Assembly (NCBI GenBank): GCA_937903095.1
Contig: CALCZN010000092.1
Span: 1-47,693, forward strand
Length of the DNA: 47,693 bases
Reading direction: 5' to 3'
DNA from: an uncultured Burkholderiales bacterium
GTDB lineage: Bacteria; Pseudomonadota; Gammaproteobacteria; Burkholderiales; Burkholderiaceae_E
How positions within the stretch are numbered: position 1 is the first letter of the stretch; every line of letters begins with the position of its first letter. The notes under the pieces were generated by a model. The model was not told the origin of the DNA. It made no database searches and worked only from the letters and a program-made list of their open reading frames with translations. Positions 1 through 9,063 of this stretch are shown one piece after another. Position numbers and translations under genes: made by a program.

Positions 1-3000
1 ACAGCCAGCGCACCTCGTCGAGGCGCGCATCGCGCTGGCCACGCCGCTGCTGCACGATCCGGCGCCAGCGCACGAGCAGCGGCTCCAGCTCGGCGCGCGC
101 CCGCGCGTCGCGCGTCGGCGCCTCGCGCAGCTTGTCCAGGCGCAGCGCGATCGCCTTCAGGTAGCGCGGCAGCTCGCGCAGGCGCGCGGCCGGCGTGCGC
201 GAGACGAAGCGCCTGGGCAGCAGCGCCTCGAGCTGCGCGCGCAGATCGTCGTGGACCTCGGCATGCGCCTTCGCCGCGGGCAGCTTCTTCTGCACCAGCG
301 CCCAGGCCTCGAGCACCTCGGCGAGCGTGCGCGCCAGCTCCTGTCCGACGAGATTGATCCGCGTGCGCGCGTCGGCTACGCGCGCGGCAAAGGACTGCGC
401 GTCGACCGGCAGCGGATCGACCAGGCAGGTGCGCTCGACGACGGCGGCAACCAGCTCGTCGCGCAACTCGTCCGCCCCGCCGAAGGACGCATACAGCAGC
501 GACATGCGCTGGAACCCGGGCACGTTCTTCGCGAAGAACTTCAACGGCTCCTTCAGCGCGATCGTGAACAGGCGGACGAGACTGGCGTGCGTCGAAGCCT
601 CGGCCTGCGCCGGATCGTCGAAGACCTGCACTTCGACGGCGTCGCCCAGATCGACCAGCGCCGGATAGCCGACGAGGCCGGCCGTGCCCGCACGAGCGCC
701 TTCGAGGCGATCGGGCAGCGTGCCGAACGACCAGTCGACGAAACGTTCGGCCGGGACCGCCGCGAGCGGCGAGCGCTCGAAAGCCTGCTGCAGCGCGCCC
801 TTGGCGCGCGCGCCGTATTCGGCACGCAGCGCGGCGAGCTGGCGCGACTGCCCGAGCACGCCGCCGTGCGCATCGACCAGCCGGAAATTCATCGACAGAT
901 GCGCGGGCAGCGTCTCCAGCCGGAAGTCGGCCGGTTGCGCGCGCAGGCCGCGCTGCTCGGCGAAGTCGTCGACGATCGCCTCGACCAGCGGACGCGAACC
1001 CGCGCGCTCGCGCCAGCGCTCGACGAAACCCGCCGCGTATTCGGGCAGCGGCACGAGATGCCGGCGCAGCCTTTGCGGCAGCGACTTCGCCAGCGCCTGC
1101 ACCTTGTCGCCGAGCATGCCGGGGACGAGCCACTCGCAGCGCGTCGCATCGACGAGGTTCAGCGCGGCGATCGGCACCGTCATCGTCACGCCGTCGTCGG
1201 CGGTGCCCGGGTCGAAGCGGTAGTCGAGCGCGAAAGCGGCGCCGTGCAGCTCGAGCGAGCGCGGAAAGGCCTGCGCGTTCACCGCGTCGGGGTCCTTGCG
1301 CAACAGCGCTTCGCGCGACAGGAAGAGCAGGCGCGGATCGTCGCGCGAGGCCCCCTTCCACCAGCGCTCGAGCGCCTGCGTCGAATGCACGTCCTTGGGG
1401 ATGCGCGCGTCGTACCAGTCGTGGAGATCGCACTCGTCCACCAGCAGATCGGGACGGCGGATGCGCTGCTCGAGCGCCTCGATCCCGGCGACCAGCTTCC
1501 GGTTGTGCACGAAGAAAGGCAGCTTCGTCTCCCACTGCCCGGCGACCAGCGCTTCGCGGATCAGCAGCTCGCGCGCCTGCTGCGCGTCGATCGGCGCAAG
1601 CGGCACGCGACGCTGCGCGTACACGGTCAGGCCGTACAGCGTGCCGCGCTCGTTGGTCATCGCCTGGCCGGCGTTGCGCGACCAGAACGGATCGGACGTG
1701 CTGCGCCGGATCAGGTGCGCCGCCGCACGCTCGATCCACGCCGGATCGATGCGCGCGACGGTGCGCGCGTAGAGCTTCGCCGTATCGACCATCTCGGCGG
1801 CCATCACCCACGGCGGCGGCTTCTTCGCCAGCGCGCTGCCGGGATGGATCGAGAACTTCGTCTGGTGCGAGCCGAGGTACTGCGCGTCGTCGGGCGACTT
1901 CGTGCCCAGGTTGCCGAGCAGCCCGGCGAGCAGCGCGCGGTGGATCGCTTCGGCCGTGGCGGGCCGTTCGTTCTCCTTCCACTTCAGCGTGCGGCACGCA
2001 TCGAGCAGCTGCTCGCGCGCGTCGGCCCATTCGCGCAGCCGGCGCACCGACAGGAACTCGCGCTCCAGGCGCTGCGCCAGCCTGCGGTTCGATTCGCCCT
2101 CGGCGTGGCGATCGCGCTGCGCGGCGCTCCAGTAGTCCCACAGCTTCACGAAGGAAACGAAGTCGGACTTCTCGTCGGCGAAGCGCCTGTGCTGCTGGTC
2201 GGCGGCCTGCTGCGCGTCGAGCGGACGTTCGCGCGGATCCTGCGTCGACAGCGCAGCGGCGATCACCGCCACCTCGCGCAGGCAGTCCAGCTCGTGCGCG
2301 GCCAGCAGCATGCGCGCCACGCGCGGATCCACCGGCAGCTTCGCCAGCGTGCGCCCCACCGGCGTCAGCTCGTTCCTCTGGTCTACCGCGCCCAGCTCGT
2401 GCAGCAGCGCATAGCCGTCGGCGATCGCCTTGCGCGGCGGCGGATCGACGAAGGGAAAGCGCTCGACGTCGTCCAGCCGCAGCGCCTTCATCCGCAGGAT
2501 CACGGCGGCCAGCGACGAGCGCAGGATCTCCGGATCGGAGAACTTCGGCCGCGAAAGGAAATCGGCCTCGTCGTACAGCCGCACGCAAACCCCGTCGGCG
2601 ACGCGTCCGCAGCGACCGGCCCGCTGGTTTGCCGCCGCCTGCGACACCGGCTCGATCTGCAGCTGCTCGACCTTGCCGCGATAGCGGTAGCGCTTCACGC
2701 GCGCGAGCCCCGGATCGACGACGTAGCGGATGCCGGGCACCGTGAGCGAGGTCTCGGCGACGTTGGTCGCGAGCACGATGCGCCGTCCGTTCGAGGCGCC
2801 GAACACGCGCTGCTGCTCGGCCGCCGACAGCCGCGAGTACAGCGGCAGCAGCTCGATCGGGCCGCGCGACCACGGCGAACCGCTCCTCGCCGCCATTTCG
2901 CGCGCATGCAGCCGGCGCAGATGCTCGGCAACGTCGCGGATCTCGCGCTCGCCGGGCAGGAACACGAGCACGTCGCCCGGCGTCTCGCGCCACAGCGTCT

Positions 3001-3736
3001 CGATCGCCTCGTCGATGCGCGACGGCAGGCCGGATTCGTCGTCGTCGTCGCGATGCGCGTCGTCGAAACCGCGGTAGCGGATCTCGACCGGATAGAGCCT
3101 TCCCGAGACTTCGACCACCGGCGCCGGCTCGATCACCGCCTGCCCGTTCCCGTCGAGACGATCGGTCGCGCGCCCGAAGTGGCGCGCGAAGCGTTCGGCG
3201 TCGATCGTCGCCGACGTGACGACGAGCTTCAGGTCGTCGCGCCGCGGCCCGTCGAGCAGCTGCTTCAGGTAGCCGAGCAGGAAATCGATGTTCAGGCTGC
3301 GCTCGTGCGCCTCGTCGACGATCAGCGTGTCGTAGGCGCGCAGCAGCGGGTCGGAGGCGGTCTCGGCGAGCAGGATGCCGTCGGTCATCAGCTTGATCGT
3401 CGCGCCGCGATCGATGCGCTCGTCGAAGCGGATCTTGTGGCCGACGTGCGTGCCGAGCGGCGAGCCGATCTCCTCGGCGATGCGTCGGGCAACCGATGTG
3501 GCGGCGATGCGCCGCGGCTGCGTGTGGCCGATCAGCCCCGCCTGGCCACGGCCGGCAAGCGCGCAGATCTTCGGCAACTGAGTCGTCTTTCCGGAGCCGG
3601 TCTCGCCGCAGACGATGACGACGCGATGGCGGCGGATCGCCTCGGCGATCTCGTCGCGACGCGCCGAAACCGGCAGGTTCTCGGGAAAGCGCAGCGGCGG
3701 CAGCGGTCGCAGGGGCGGACGCTGCTGGGAATGCAT
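1..3736 (-). CDS. hrpA: ATP-dependent RNA helicase HrpA (DEAH box); 3' end runs off the window
   Basis: Translated by hand from ATG at 3736: MHSQQRPPLRPLPPLRFPENLPVSARRDEIAEAIRRHRVVIVCGETGSGKTTQLPKIC (Walker A); DEAHER near 3300-3320; LATNVAETSLTVPGI; QRAGRCGR. Missing from the ORF track because there is no stop in the window. Confidence 0.95.
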   Translation of the reverse strand, partial: MHSQQRPPLRPLPPLRFPENLPVSARRDEIAEAIRRHRVVIVCGETGSGKTTQLPKICALAGRGQAGLIGHTQPRRIAATSVARRIAEEIGSPLGTHVGHKIRFDERIDRGATIKLMTDGILLAETASDPLLRAYDTLIVDEAHERSLNIDFLLGYLKQLLDGPRRDDLKLVVTSATIDAERFARHFGRATDRLDGNGQAVIEPAPVVEVSGRLYPVEIRYRGFDDAHRDDDDESGLPSRIDEAIETLWRETPGDVLVFLPGEREIRDVAEHLRRLHAREMAARSGSPWSRGPIELLPLYSRLSAAEQQRVFGASNGRRIVLATNVAETSLTVPGIRYVVDPGLARVKRYRYRGKVEQLQIEPVSQAAANQRAGRCGRVADGVCVRLYDEADFLSRPKFSDPEILRSSLAAVILRMKALRLDDVERFPFVDPPPRKAIADGYALLHELGAVDQRNELTPVGRTLAKLPVDPRVARMLLAAHELDCLREVAVIAAALSTQDPRERPLDAQQAADQQHRRFADEKSDFVSFVKLWDYWSAAQRDRHAEGESNRRLAQRLEREFLSVRRLREWADAREQLLDACRTLKWKENERPATAEAIHRALLAGLLGNLGTKSPDDAQYLGSHQTKFSIHPGSALAKKPPPWVMAAEMVDTAKLYARTVARIDPAWIERAAAHLIRRSTSDPFWSRNAGQAMTNERGTLYGLTVYAQRRVPLAPIDAQQARELLIREALVAGQWETKLPFFVHNRKLVAGIEALEQRIRRPDLLVDECDLHDWYDARIPKDVHSTQALERWWKGASRDDPRLLFLSREALLRKDPDAVNAQAFPRSLELHGAAFALDYRFDPGTADDGVTMTVPIAALNLVDATRCEWLVPGMLGDKVQALAKSLPQRLRRHLVPLPEYAAGFVERWRERAGSRPLVEAIVDDFAEQRGLRAQPADFRLETLPAHLSMNFRLVDAHGGVLGQSRQLAALRAEYGARAKGALQQAFERSPLAAVPAERFVDWSFGTLPDRLEGARAGTAGLVGYPALVDLGDAVEVQVFDDPAQAEASTHASLVRLFTIALKEPLKFFAKNVPGFQRMSLLYASFGGADELRDELVAAVVERTCLVDPLPVDAQSFAARVADARTRINLVGQELARTLAEVLEAWALVQKKLPAAKAHAEVHDDLRAQLEALLPRRFVSRTPAARLRELPRYLKAIALRLDKLREAPTRDARARAELEPLLVRWRRIVQQRRGQRDARLDEVRWL

Positions 3737-3745
3737 GAGAGCGAA

Positions 3746-3753
3746 ATTATAAT
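3746..3753. promoter_or_regulatory. Overlapping sigma70 -10 boxes on both strands (ATTATAAT) between divergent hrpA and argA
   Basis: TATAAT on + at 3748-3753, 6 nt before the argA ATG; TATAAT on - at 3751-3746, 9 nt before the hrpA ATG; the intergenic gap is only 23 bp. Confidence 0.7.
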
Positions 3754-3759
3754 GCGGCG

Positions 3760-5127
3760 ATGAACGCCACCCGCGAGCCGGACTCCCCCGCCGAAGCCTC
3801 GGCCCCGATCGATCCTTCCACCGAGGACGAAGCGCGTTTCGTCGCCTGGCTGCGCCAGGTCGCCCCCTACATCCACGCCTTTCGCGGCAAGACCTTCGTC
3901 GTCGCGGTGCCCGGCGAGCTGATCCAGGCCGGACGCCTGAATGCGCTCGTGCAGGACCTGAGCCTGCTGCACGCGATGGGCATGCGCATCGTCGTCGTGC
4001 ACGGCTCTCGTCCGCAGGTCAACGAGCAGCTGCGCCTGCGCGGCGTGGAGGCCGCCTATGCCGAGGGCCTGCGCATCACCGGGCCGGTGGCGCTCGAATG
4101 CGCGAAGGAGGCATCCGGCGAGATCCGCCTCGACCTCGAAGCGGCGTTCTCGCAGGGCCTGCCGAACACGCCGATGGCGCATTCGGCGGTACGGGTGGTC
4201 TCGGGCAATCTCGTCACCGCGCGTCCGGTGGGCATCGTCGACGGCGTCGATTACCAGCACACCGGCTTCGTGCGCAAGATCGACGTGCCGACCATCCGCT
4301 TCGCGCTCGAAAGCGGCTCGATCGTGCTGCTGTCGCCGCTCGGCTACTCGCCCACCGGCGAAGCCTTCAACCTGAGCATGGAAGACGTGGCGGCGAGCAC
4401 GGCGATCGCGCTCGACGCGGACAAGCTCATCGTTCTCGCCGAGACGGCGATCGAAGGCGCCGACGGCGTGCTGCACGGCGAGATCTCCGAAGCCGACGCG
4501 CAGCAGCTGCTTGATTCCGGAACGCTCGCCGAAGACAGCGCGTTCACCTTGCGCCACGCGCTGCGCGCCTGCGAAGGCGGCGTGGCGCGCGCGCACGTCA
4601 TTCCCTTCGGTATCGACGGCAGCGTGCTGCTCGAGCTGTTCCAGCACGACGGCGTAGGCACGATGCTCGTCGAGGAAACGCTCGAATCGGTGCGCGAAGC
4701 CACGCCCGACGACGTCGGCGGCCTGCTCGCGCTGATCCGTCCGCTCGAGGACGACGGCACACTGGTCAAGCGCGACCGCGCGCTGATCGAGCGCGAGATC
4801 GGCAACTTCACCGTCATCGAGCACGACGGCGTCATCTTCGGCTGCGCCGCGCTCTACGCGTTCCCCGAATCGGGCATGGGCGAGATGGCCTGCCTGGCGG
4901 TGAACCCGAACGTGCAGAATCGCGGCGACGGCGAGCGGCTGCTGCGTCGCATCGAGCAGCGCGCGCGAGCGGCCGGCCTGAAGAAGCTCTTCGTGCTCAC
5001 CACACGCACGATGCACTGGTTCCTCAAGCGCGGCTTCGTCGTCGCGTCGGTGGACCAGCTGCCCGCCGAGCGCAAGAACCTGTACAACCTGCAGCGCCGC
5101 TCGCTGGTGCTGATCAAGAACCTGTAG
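3760..5127 (+). CDS. argA: Amino-acid N-acetyltransferase (N-acetylglutamate synthase)
   Basis: [23 protein letters not shown]-terminus, amino-acid-kinase-like domain, C-terminal GNAT domain ([17 protein letters not shown]...YNLQRRS). Confidence 0.95.
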   Translation: MNATREPDSPAEASAPIDPSTEDEARFVAWLRQVAPYIHAFRGKTFVVAVPGELIQAGRLNALVQDLSLLHAMGMRIVVVHGSRPQVNEQLRLRGVEAAYAEGLRITGPVALECAKEASGEIRLDLEAAFSQGLPNTPMAHSAVRVVSGNLVTARPVGIVDGVDYQHTGFVRKIDVPTIRFALESGSIVLLSPLGYSPTGEAFNLSMEDVAASTAIALDADKLIVLAETAIEGADGVLHGEISEADAQQLLDSGTLAEDSAFTLRHALRACEGGVARAHVIPFGIDGSVLLELFQHDGVGTMLVEETLESVREATPDDVGGLLALIRPLEDDGTLVKRDRALIEREIGNFTVIEHDGVIFGCAALYAFPESGMGEMACLAVNPNVQNRGDGERLLRRIEQRARAAGLKKLFVLTTRTMHWFLKRGFVVASVDQLPAERKNLYNLQRRSLVLIKNL

Positions 5128-5135
5128 GAATTGGC

Positions 5136-5411
5136 ATGGCGCGCACCGTCCACTGCATCAAGCTGAACCGCGAAGCCGAAGGGCTCGACTTCCCGCCCTA
5201 CCCGGGCGAACTGGGCAAGCGCCTGTACGAAAACGTCTCGAAGGAAGCCTGGCAGGGCTGGATCCGCCACCAGACGATGCTCGTCAACGAGAACCGCCTG
5301 AACCTGGCCGACGCCCGCGCGCGCAAGTATCTGGCGCAGCAGATGGAGAACTATTTCTTCGGGGAAGGGGCGGATCGGGTGGCGGGGTATGTACCGCCGA
5401 GTGAAGGGTGA
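5136..5411 (+). CDS. yggX: Oxidative damage protection / Fe(II)-trafficking protein (YggX family)
   Basis: [10 protein letters not shown]...[40 protein letters not shown] is the typical YggX signature. Confidence 0.93.
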   Translation: MARTVHCIKLNREAEGLDFPPYPGELGKRLYENVSKEAWQGWIRHQTMLVNENRLNLADARARKYLAQQMENYFFGEGADRVAGYVPPSEG

Positions 5412-5500
5412 AGGGTCAAGGGTGAAGGGGCAACAGACAGCGGCCTTCGAACGGAGCCGCGTTGAATTTCCCCTTCACCCTTGACCCTTTACCCTTCACT
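5400..5500. repeat. Inverted repeat built from 7-bp tandem units (GTGAAGG x4 per arm); likely hairpin/terminator between convergent genes
   Basis: Arm 5400-5430 (A GTGAAGG GTGAAGG GTCAAGG GTGAAGG GG) pairs with 5470-5500 with one mismatch; 39-nt loop. Confidence 0.85.
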
Positions 5501-6080
5501 TCCTCCACCGATAGCAGCGCATCGGCGGAATATTGACCAGTTCGAGCGAGACTTCCGGCTCGCCGAGGACCGGGCGGGCGCGGTCGGCGACAGCGCCGCG
5601 GAACTGGTAGGCGACGAAGCAGCCGCCCGGGGCGAGCACGTCGCGGATCGCTTCGATGATGCGGGTGCCCACGTCGACCGGCATCGTCGAGAACGGAATG
5701 CCGGAGAGAATCGCCTTCGGCGGCTTCAGCCGGTGCGTGGTGATCAGCTCGCGCAGATTCTCGGCGCTGCCCTGATGCACCATCAGGCGCTTGTCGTCGA
5801 AGCCGCGAACGAAGTCGGCGAACACCGGGTCCAGCTCGACGGCGAGCAGCGTGGAATTCTCCGGCATGGCGGAAAGGATCGCGCGCGTCGTTCCGCCCGT
5901 GCCCGGTCCCAGCTCGACGACCGAATCCGCTTCATTCACGCCCGCCATCCGCACCATGCGGCGCTCGAGGAAACGGGAGCTGGGGATGACCGACCCCACG
6001 TCCCGGGGTTCTCGAAGGAACCCCTTCAGAAAGGCCAGGCGGTCATCCTGCTGCGGGCGCAGCGCTTCGAGACGAAACAT
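5496..6080 (-). CDS. Class I SAM-dependent methyltransferase, phospholipid/ornithine-lipid N-methyltransferase (PmtA/OlsG-like)
   Basis: FLREPRDVGSVIPSSRFL, VVELGPGTGGTT (SAM motif), ILSGIPF, NIPPM; GGAGGAG RBS before ATG 6080. Confidence 0.8.
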   Translation of the reverse strand: MFRLEALRPQQDDRLAFLKGFLREPRDVGSVIPSSRFLERRMVRMAGVNEADSVVELGPGTGGTTRAILSAMPENSTLLAVELDPVFADFVRGFDDKRLMVHQGSAENLRELITTHRLKPPKAILSGIPFSTMPVDVGTRIIEAIRDVLAPGGCFVAYQFRGAVADRARPVLGEPEVSLELVNIPPMRCYRWRK

Positions 6081-6138
6081 CGGGCGATCTCCTCCGGCTG
6101 ACACAATTCGTTCCGATGGCCGGAGGGGGCGATGGACC

Positions 6139-6825
6139 TCATCCCCGCGCCCCGGTCGCCTTGCGACGCTCGACTCCGTCGGGCGCCGCGATGATTGCAA
6201 CGTCGGCCCCGTGCACGGCGAACAACCCCGCCGCGACCACCCCGGGCCATTGTTCGATGCGCGCCTCCACCTGCTCGGGATCGGCGAGGTCGAGACCGCG
6301 TACATCGAGGATTTCGTTTCCGTTGTCGGTGAGCCCGCTCTCGCGCAGGCTCGGCTCTCCGCCCAGCGCGCGCAGCCGTTGCGCCACCAGTTCGCGCGCC
6401 ATCGGGATCACTTCGACCGGCAGCGGAAAGGCGCCCAGCCTGCGGACGCACTTCGACGCATCGACGATGCACACGAAGTGCCCGCTGGCCGATGCGACGA
6501 TCTTTTCGCGCGTGAGAGCGGCGCCGCCGCCCTTGATCATTCGCAGTTGCGGGTCGATCTCGTCGGCGCCGTCGACGTAGACGGGAATCGACGCGCCGCT
6601 GGCGAGCACCTCGTTCAGCCCCAGCACCCGCAGCCCGCGAGAACGGGCGCGCGCGGCGGTGCGCTCGGAAGCGCAGACGAGCGCCGGCGGCGGTGAAGCG
6701 AGCGCGGCAAGCTCGTCGACGAAGAGGTCGACGGTGGAGCCGCTGCCGACGCCGAGAACGGCGCCGACGACGATGTCGTCGAGCGCCGCGCGTGCGGCGG
6801 CCCGCTTCAGTTCGCTGGAATGCAT
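6139..6825 (-). CDS. rpiA: Ribose-5-phosphate isomerase A
   Basis: LGVGSGSTV, YVDGADEID, MIKGGGAALTREKIVA, FPLPVEV motifs; start placed at MHSSELKRAAA (6825). Confidence 0.95.
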   Translation of the reverse strand: MHSSELKRAAARAALDDIVVGAVLGVGSGSTVDLFVDELAALASPPPALVCASERTAARARSRGLRVLGLNEVLASGASIPVYVDGADEIDPQLRMIKGGGAALTREKIVASASGHFVCIVDASKCVRRLGAFPLPVEVIPMARELVAQRLRALGGEPSLRESGLTDNGNEILDVRGLDLADPEQVEARIEQWPGVVAAGLFAVHGADVAIIAAPDGVERRKATGARG

Positions 6826-6863
6826 CGGCGGGAGTTTACACACTCCCCGGCTGCGGCCCGCGC

Positions 6864-8066
6864 TCAGGCGCTGATCAGATCGGGAGCCGTCAAGGCGCGC
6901 AATACCGCCTGGTTGCATTGCCCGAGCGACATCACGCAGTCGTCCAGCCGCGAAGGCAGCTGCGGATCGGGACCGTTCTCGATCGACTCGATGACCTTCA
7001 GGTACGGCATGTAGGGGCCGCGCCGTTCCACCAGCGTTTCGTGCACGCGCTCGGGCACGTGCAGATTGCGGAACAGCTCCGCGAACGGACGCTTGAGCAG
7101 CTTGTCGAGCAGCGACAGCACGCCGAGAATAAACACTTCGTCGCGCAGCTGCTCGTCCTGCCCGGCGCCGATCAGATGCTCGAGGAAGACGCCGCGCCGG
7201 AACGACGCGACCATCGCCGGGCGCAGGTTCGAGTCCCTGCAGGCAGTGGCGAGCAGCAGTGCGCACCAGCGCTTCAGCCGTCCGTAGCCGAGCATCATCA
7301 CGGCGTGGCGGAACGACTGCACTTCCACCGAAAGGCCGAAGCCGGGCGAGTTGATGTAGCGCAGCAGCTTGTAGGCGAGCGCCGCGTCGCGGCGGATCAC
7401 CTTCTCCATCGCCACCGGGTCCTCGTTGCGATCGATCATCGACATCATGTCGACGATCGTCGTGTAGTTCGGATTGCCGTTCTCCCCGCCCACGTGCTGC
7501 AGCGCGTCTTCGGTAGGCCAGCCGACCACGGCTACGGCGCCCCGCTCGAAGCACTTCTCCATCATCGCGATCGTTCGCACGCCGTCGTTCACGTGCGGGA
7601 TCGAGCGCTTCGCCTGCGCCTGCGCCTGCATCGCCTGCAACAGCGGCTGCTGCAGCCGGCGGTCGGCGTCGACGTGGATGATCGACATGCGAAACGCGGG
7701 AACGAGATCGGGCGTCAGCGGCCTCTCGGGGCGCCCGCCGAGCATCAGCGGAAAGCCCGCCTCGTGCAGCTTGGCGGCGAGCGCCCTGCCCTCGTCCGCA
7801 TCCATCATCGCGCCGGGCACCTCGATCCACAGCGTGGGCGACGGCTCGATCGTCAGCAGCTCTTCGTCGATCGGCGCCGACGAGCGCAACGCGATCGTGC
7901 CGCCTTCGCCCGCGCGCTGCCCGGTGAATTCGCGGTACAGCGCCGCCATGTTCACCTCCGGCCCGCCCGGGGAGACGCTCACCCGCATCGCCAGCGCATT
8001 GCGTTGCCGGTCGACGATCGGCTCGTAGCCGATCAGCGCGCTCATGAACAGGGACGTCGGGCTCAT
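6864..8066 (-). CDS. HDOD-domain protein with degenerate EAL-like N-terminal region (YuxH/CdgJ-like)
   Basis: C-terminal half IRRDAALAYKLLRYINSPGFGL...SFRHAVMMLG...FILGVLSLLDKLL is HDOD; N-terminal YEPIVDRQ resembles an EAL-domain start; begins 5 bp after the flgL stop. Confidence 0.8.
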   Translation of the reverse strand: MSPTSLFMSALIGYEPIVDRQRNALAMRVSVSPGGPEVNMAALYREFTGQRAGEGGTIALRSSAPIDEELLTIEPSPTLWIEVPGAMMDADEGRALAAKLHEAGFPLMLGGRPERPLTPDLVPAFRMSIIHVDADRRLQQPLLQAMQAQAQAKRSIPHVNDGVRTIAMMEKCFERGAVAVVGWPTEDALQHVGGENGNPNYTTIVDMMSMIDRNEDPVAMEKVIRRDAALAYKLLRYINSPGFGLSVEVQSFRHAVMMLGYGRLKRWCALLLATACRDSNLRPAMVASFRRGVFLEHLIGAGQDEQLRDEVFILGVLSLLDKLLKRPFAELFRNLHVPERVHETLVERRGPYMPYLKVIESIENGPDPQLPSRLDDCVMSLGQCNQAVLRALTAPDLISA

Positions 8067-8071
8067 GTGCC

Positions 8072-9001
8072 TCAGAGGTAGTCGAACAGCGACAGGCGCG
8101 CGATCTGCGCGTAGGTGGTCATCGCCGCTTCGAGCGATGTGCGGTTGTTCTGGAAATTCGAGATCGCCGCGGCGTAGTCGAGATCGACGAGGTCGGACAG
8201 CCGCTCGCGGGCGTCGAGATCGCCGTTCGCCAGCGCCGTCTCGTGCGCGTCGATCGCACGCAACTGTTCGCCGGCGCGCGTGCGCGCCATCAGCACGCGC
8301 TCCAGGCCGGCATCGAGCGCATCGGTGGCCGTCGAGAGCGCAGCGCTGACGTCGGCCGCGCTCGCATTGGCGTCGCCCAGGACGCCGACGATCGTGTCGA
8401 GCGCCGCGAACAGCGTGTTCCCCGCGGCGTCGGCGAAGATCGCGCGGCCGTCCTGGCTGGTCGTGTACTTCGCGTCCAGTCCGGTGTACTGCTCCCCGGG
8501 ATGGGATCCCTGCGCCGTGGGCGCAGGCGCGGGCGCGACCGGCTGGCCGCTCGACGCATCGAACGGCGCCGTCGTCGCGCCCTGGCCGCCGAACACGTAG
8601 CCTCCGGCGCCGTCGCGACTGTTGGCGAGCGACACCAGCTGATCGCGCACGCCGCTCAACTGCTGCGCGATGAGCGCGCGGTCGGCCGAGGACCTCCCTC
8701 CGTTGCCGGCGGACACCAGCTCCTCGCGGGCGAACTGCAGCGCATCGCTCACCTGCCCGAGCGTGCTGTCGGCGGTGGACAGCATCTGTCGGGCGAAGCC
8801 GATCATCCGGTTCTCGATCGAGATGCGCGCGAGCTGGGAACGCAGCCGCTCGGCCTGCGCCGCGGCGAGCGGGTCGTCCGACGGATCGTTCACGCGCTTG
8901 CCGGTGGACAGCTGCAACTGGTCGCCGTTCAGCGCCGAACGCCGCTGCGCCATCGCGTCGAGCGCCCGCTGGTGCGCGTACATGGTCGGAATGCGGGTCA
9001 T
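8072..9001 (-). CDS. flgL: Flagellar hook-associated protein 3
   Basis: LSTGKRVNDPSDDP, C-terminal LVDLDYAAAIS...LSLFDYL. Confidence 0.95.
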   Translation of the reverse strand: MTRIPTMYAHQRALDAMAQRRSALNGDQLQLSTGKRVNDPSDDPLAAAQAERLRSQLARISIENRMIGFARQMLSTADSTLGQVSDALQFAREELVSAGNGGRSSADRALIAQQLSGVRDQLVSLANSRDGAGGYVFGGQGATTAPFDASSGQPVAPAPAPTAQGSHPGEQYTGLDAKYTTSQDGRAIFADAAGNTLFAALDTIVGVLGDANASAADVSAALSTATDALDAGLERVLMARTRAGEQLRAIDAHETALANGDLDARERLSDLVDLDYAAAISNFQNNRTSLEAAMTTYAQIARLSLFDYL

Positions 9002-9015
9002 CGCCTGCGGCTCCT

Positions 9016-9063
9016 TTGCGGACTCGGTTGCGGACTCAGTTGCGAACTCGGTCGCGGGCTCAG
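9016..9063. repeat. Four imperfect 12-bp tandem repeats in the flgK-flgL spacer
   Basis: TTGCGGACTCGG TTGCGGACTCAG TTGCGAACTCGG TCGCGGGCTCAG. Confidence 0.8.

Noticed and set aside
251-3763. 1170-aa plus-strand ORF
   Set aside because: Antisense shadow of hrpA caused by high-GC codon bias; no recognisable motifs.
5400-9063. Repeats at 5400-5500 and 9016-9063 as CRISPR arrays
   Set aside because: Units are 7 and 12 bp, have no unique spacers, and no cas genes are present.
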